A stretch of DNA of 11,930 nucleotides from a virus (taxonomy: Duplodnaviria; Heunggongvirae; Uroviricota; Caudoviricetes). How positions within the stretch are numbered: position 1 is the first letter of the stretch; the number at the start of each line of letters is the position of its first letter. The position numbers were made by a program, and so were the translations under genes. Location: IMG/VR virus record IMGVR_UViG_2548876944_000002, one strand, 5' to 3'. The notes below the pieces were generated by a model, which was not told where the DNA came from, made no database searches, and saw only the letters and a list, made by a program, of their open reading frames with translations. Below are positions 11,771-11,930 of the stretch, piece after piece.

Positions 11771-11795
11771 AGGCCCAAAAGTTCGTTTTCAGCAC

Positions 11796-11811
11796 CTGTC
11801 GTTTCCTTTCT
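11796..11811 (-). repeat. cosB R2 element (gpNu1 binding site), 16 bp, inverted relative to R1
   Basis: Plus strand ctgtcgtttcctttct at 11796-11811, a near-perfect inverted repeat of R1 about 25 bp away. Confidence 0.75.
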
Positions 11812-11820
11812 TTTCAGGGG

Positions 11821-11850
11821 GTATTTTAAATAAAAACATTAAGTTACGAC
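11821..11850. promoter_or_regulatory. AT-rich segment between R3 and R2, in the position of the lambda cosB IHF site I1
   Basis: gtattttaaataaaaacattaagttacgac is ~80% A+T and is flanked by R2 and R3. Assignment as an IHF bend site is by position and analogy to lambda; I did not confirm a clean WATCAANNNNTTR match. Confidence 0.45.
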
Positions 11851-11852
11851 GA

Positions 11853-11868
11853 AGAAGAACGGAAACGC
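11853..11868 (-). repeat. cosB R3 element (gpNu1 binding site), 16 bp
   Basis: Plus strand agaagaacggaaacgc; the reverse complement gcgtttccgttcttct carries the cgtttcc core shared with R1 and R2. Confidence 0.7.
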
Positions 11869-11907
11869 CTTAAACCGGAAAATTTTCATAAATAGCGAAA
11901 ACCCGCG

Positions 11908-11919
11908 AGGTCGCCGCCC
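11908..11919 (-). other. cosN: the 12-nt cohesive-end sequence (lambda left end 5'-GGGCGGCGACCT-3'), present here in joined form
   Basis: Plus strand aggtcgccgccc at 11908-11919 is the reverse complement of GGGCGGCGACCT. The following 11 nt (11920-11930, cgtaacctgtc) are the reverse complement of the lambda right terminus ...gacaggttacg, so the two genome ends are contiguous in this molecule. Confidence 0.9.
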
Positions 11920-11930
11920 CGTAACCTGTC

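Noticed and set aside
11290-11829. Plus-strand ORF of 179 aa running antisense through Nu1 and across cosB
   Set aside because: It reads through the cosB R1/R2 protein-binding repeats and the Nu1 5' region on the opposite strand. The late operon is transcribed in the other direction through cos, and the length is most simply explained by chance absence of stops in a GC-rich antisense frame.
11908-11930. Interpreting the cos junction as an assembly artefact or vector backbone (cosmid)
   Set aside because: The junction has exactly the structure expected for annealed, ligated lambda ends and is followed by ~11.9 kb of contiguous phage left arm, far more than a cosmid cos fragment. Assembly circularisation cannot be excluded from the window alone, but a natural joined cos (prophage or replicative form) is the simpler reading.

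Overview
This window is the left (morphogenesis) arm of a lambda-like siphovirus, read as the reverse complement of the conventional phage map, so every gene is on the minus strand. From the right edge leftward: a joined cos site (cosN cohesive-end sequence plus cosB R3/I1/R2/R1), then Nu1, A, W, B, C with nested Nu3, D, E, FI, FII, Z, U, V, G with the G-T frameshift, and the first ~460 codons of the tape measure gene H, which runs off the left edge. Identification rests on reading the translated ORFs and recognising them as near-identical to the phage lambda proteins; gene order, the 4-nt ATGA overlaps, the nested Nu3 start, the GGGAAAG slip site and the cos repeats all sit where they do in lambda. 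The proteins are not 100% lambda as I recall it (scattered substitutions, FI apparently one codon shorter, some divergence in the cosB spacer), so this is probably a close lambda relative or lambda-type prophage rather than the reference isolate. I see no inserted cargo, moron, CRISPR array, tRNA or unexplained coding capacity: the region is fully explained by the canonical packaging/head/tail module, and I do not find a novel system here. The plus-strand ORFs in the track are antisense shadows of these genes. The points worth a second look are small: two intergenic stem-loops flanking E, the joined state of cos, and the minor divergences from lambda.
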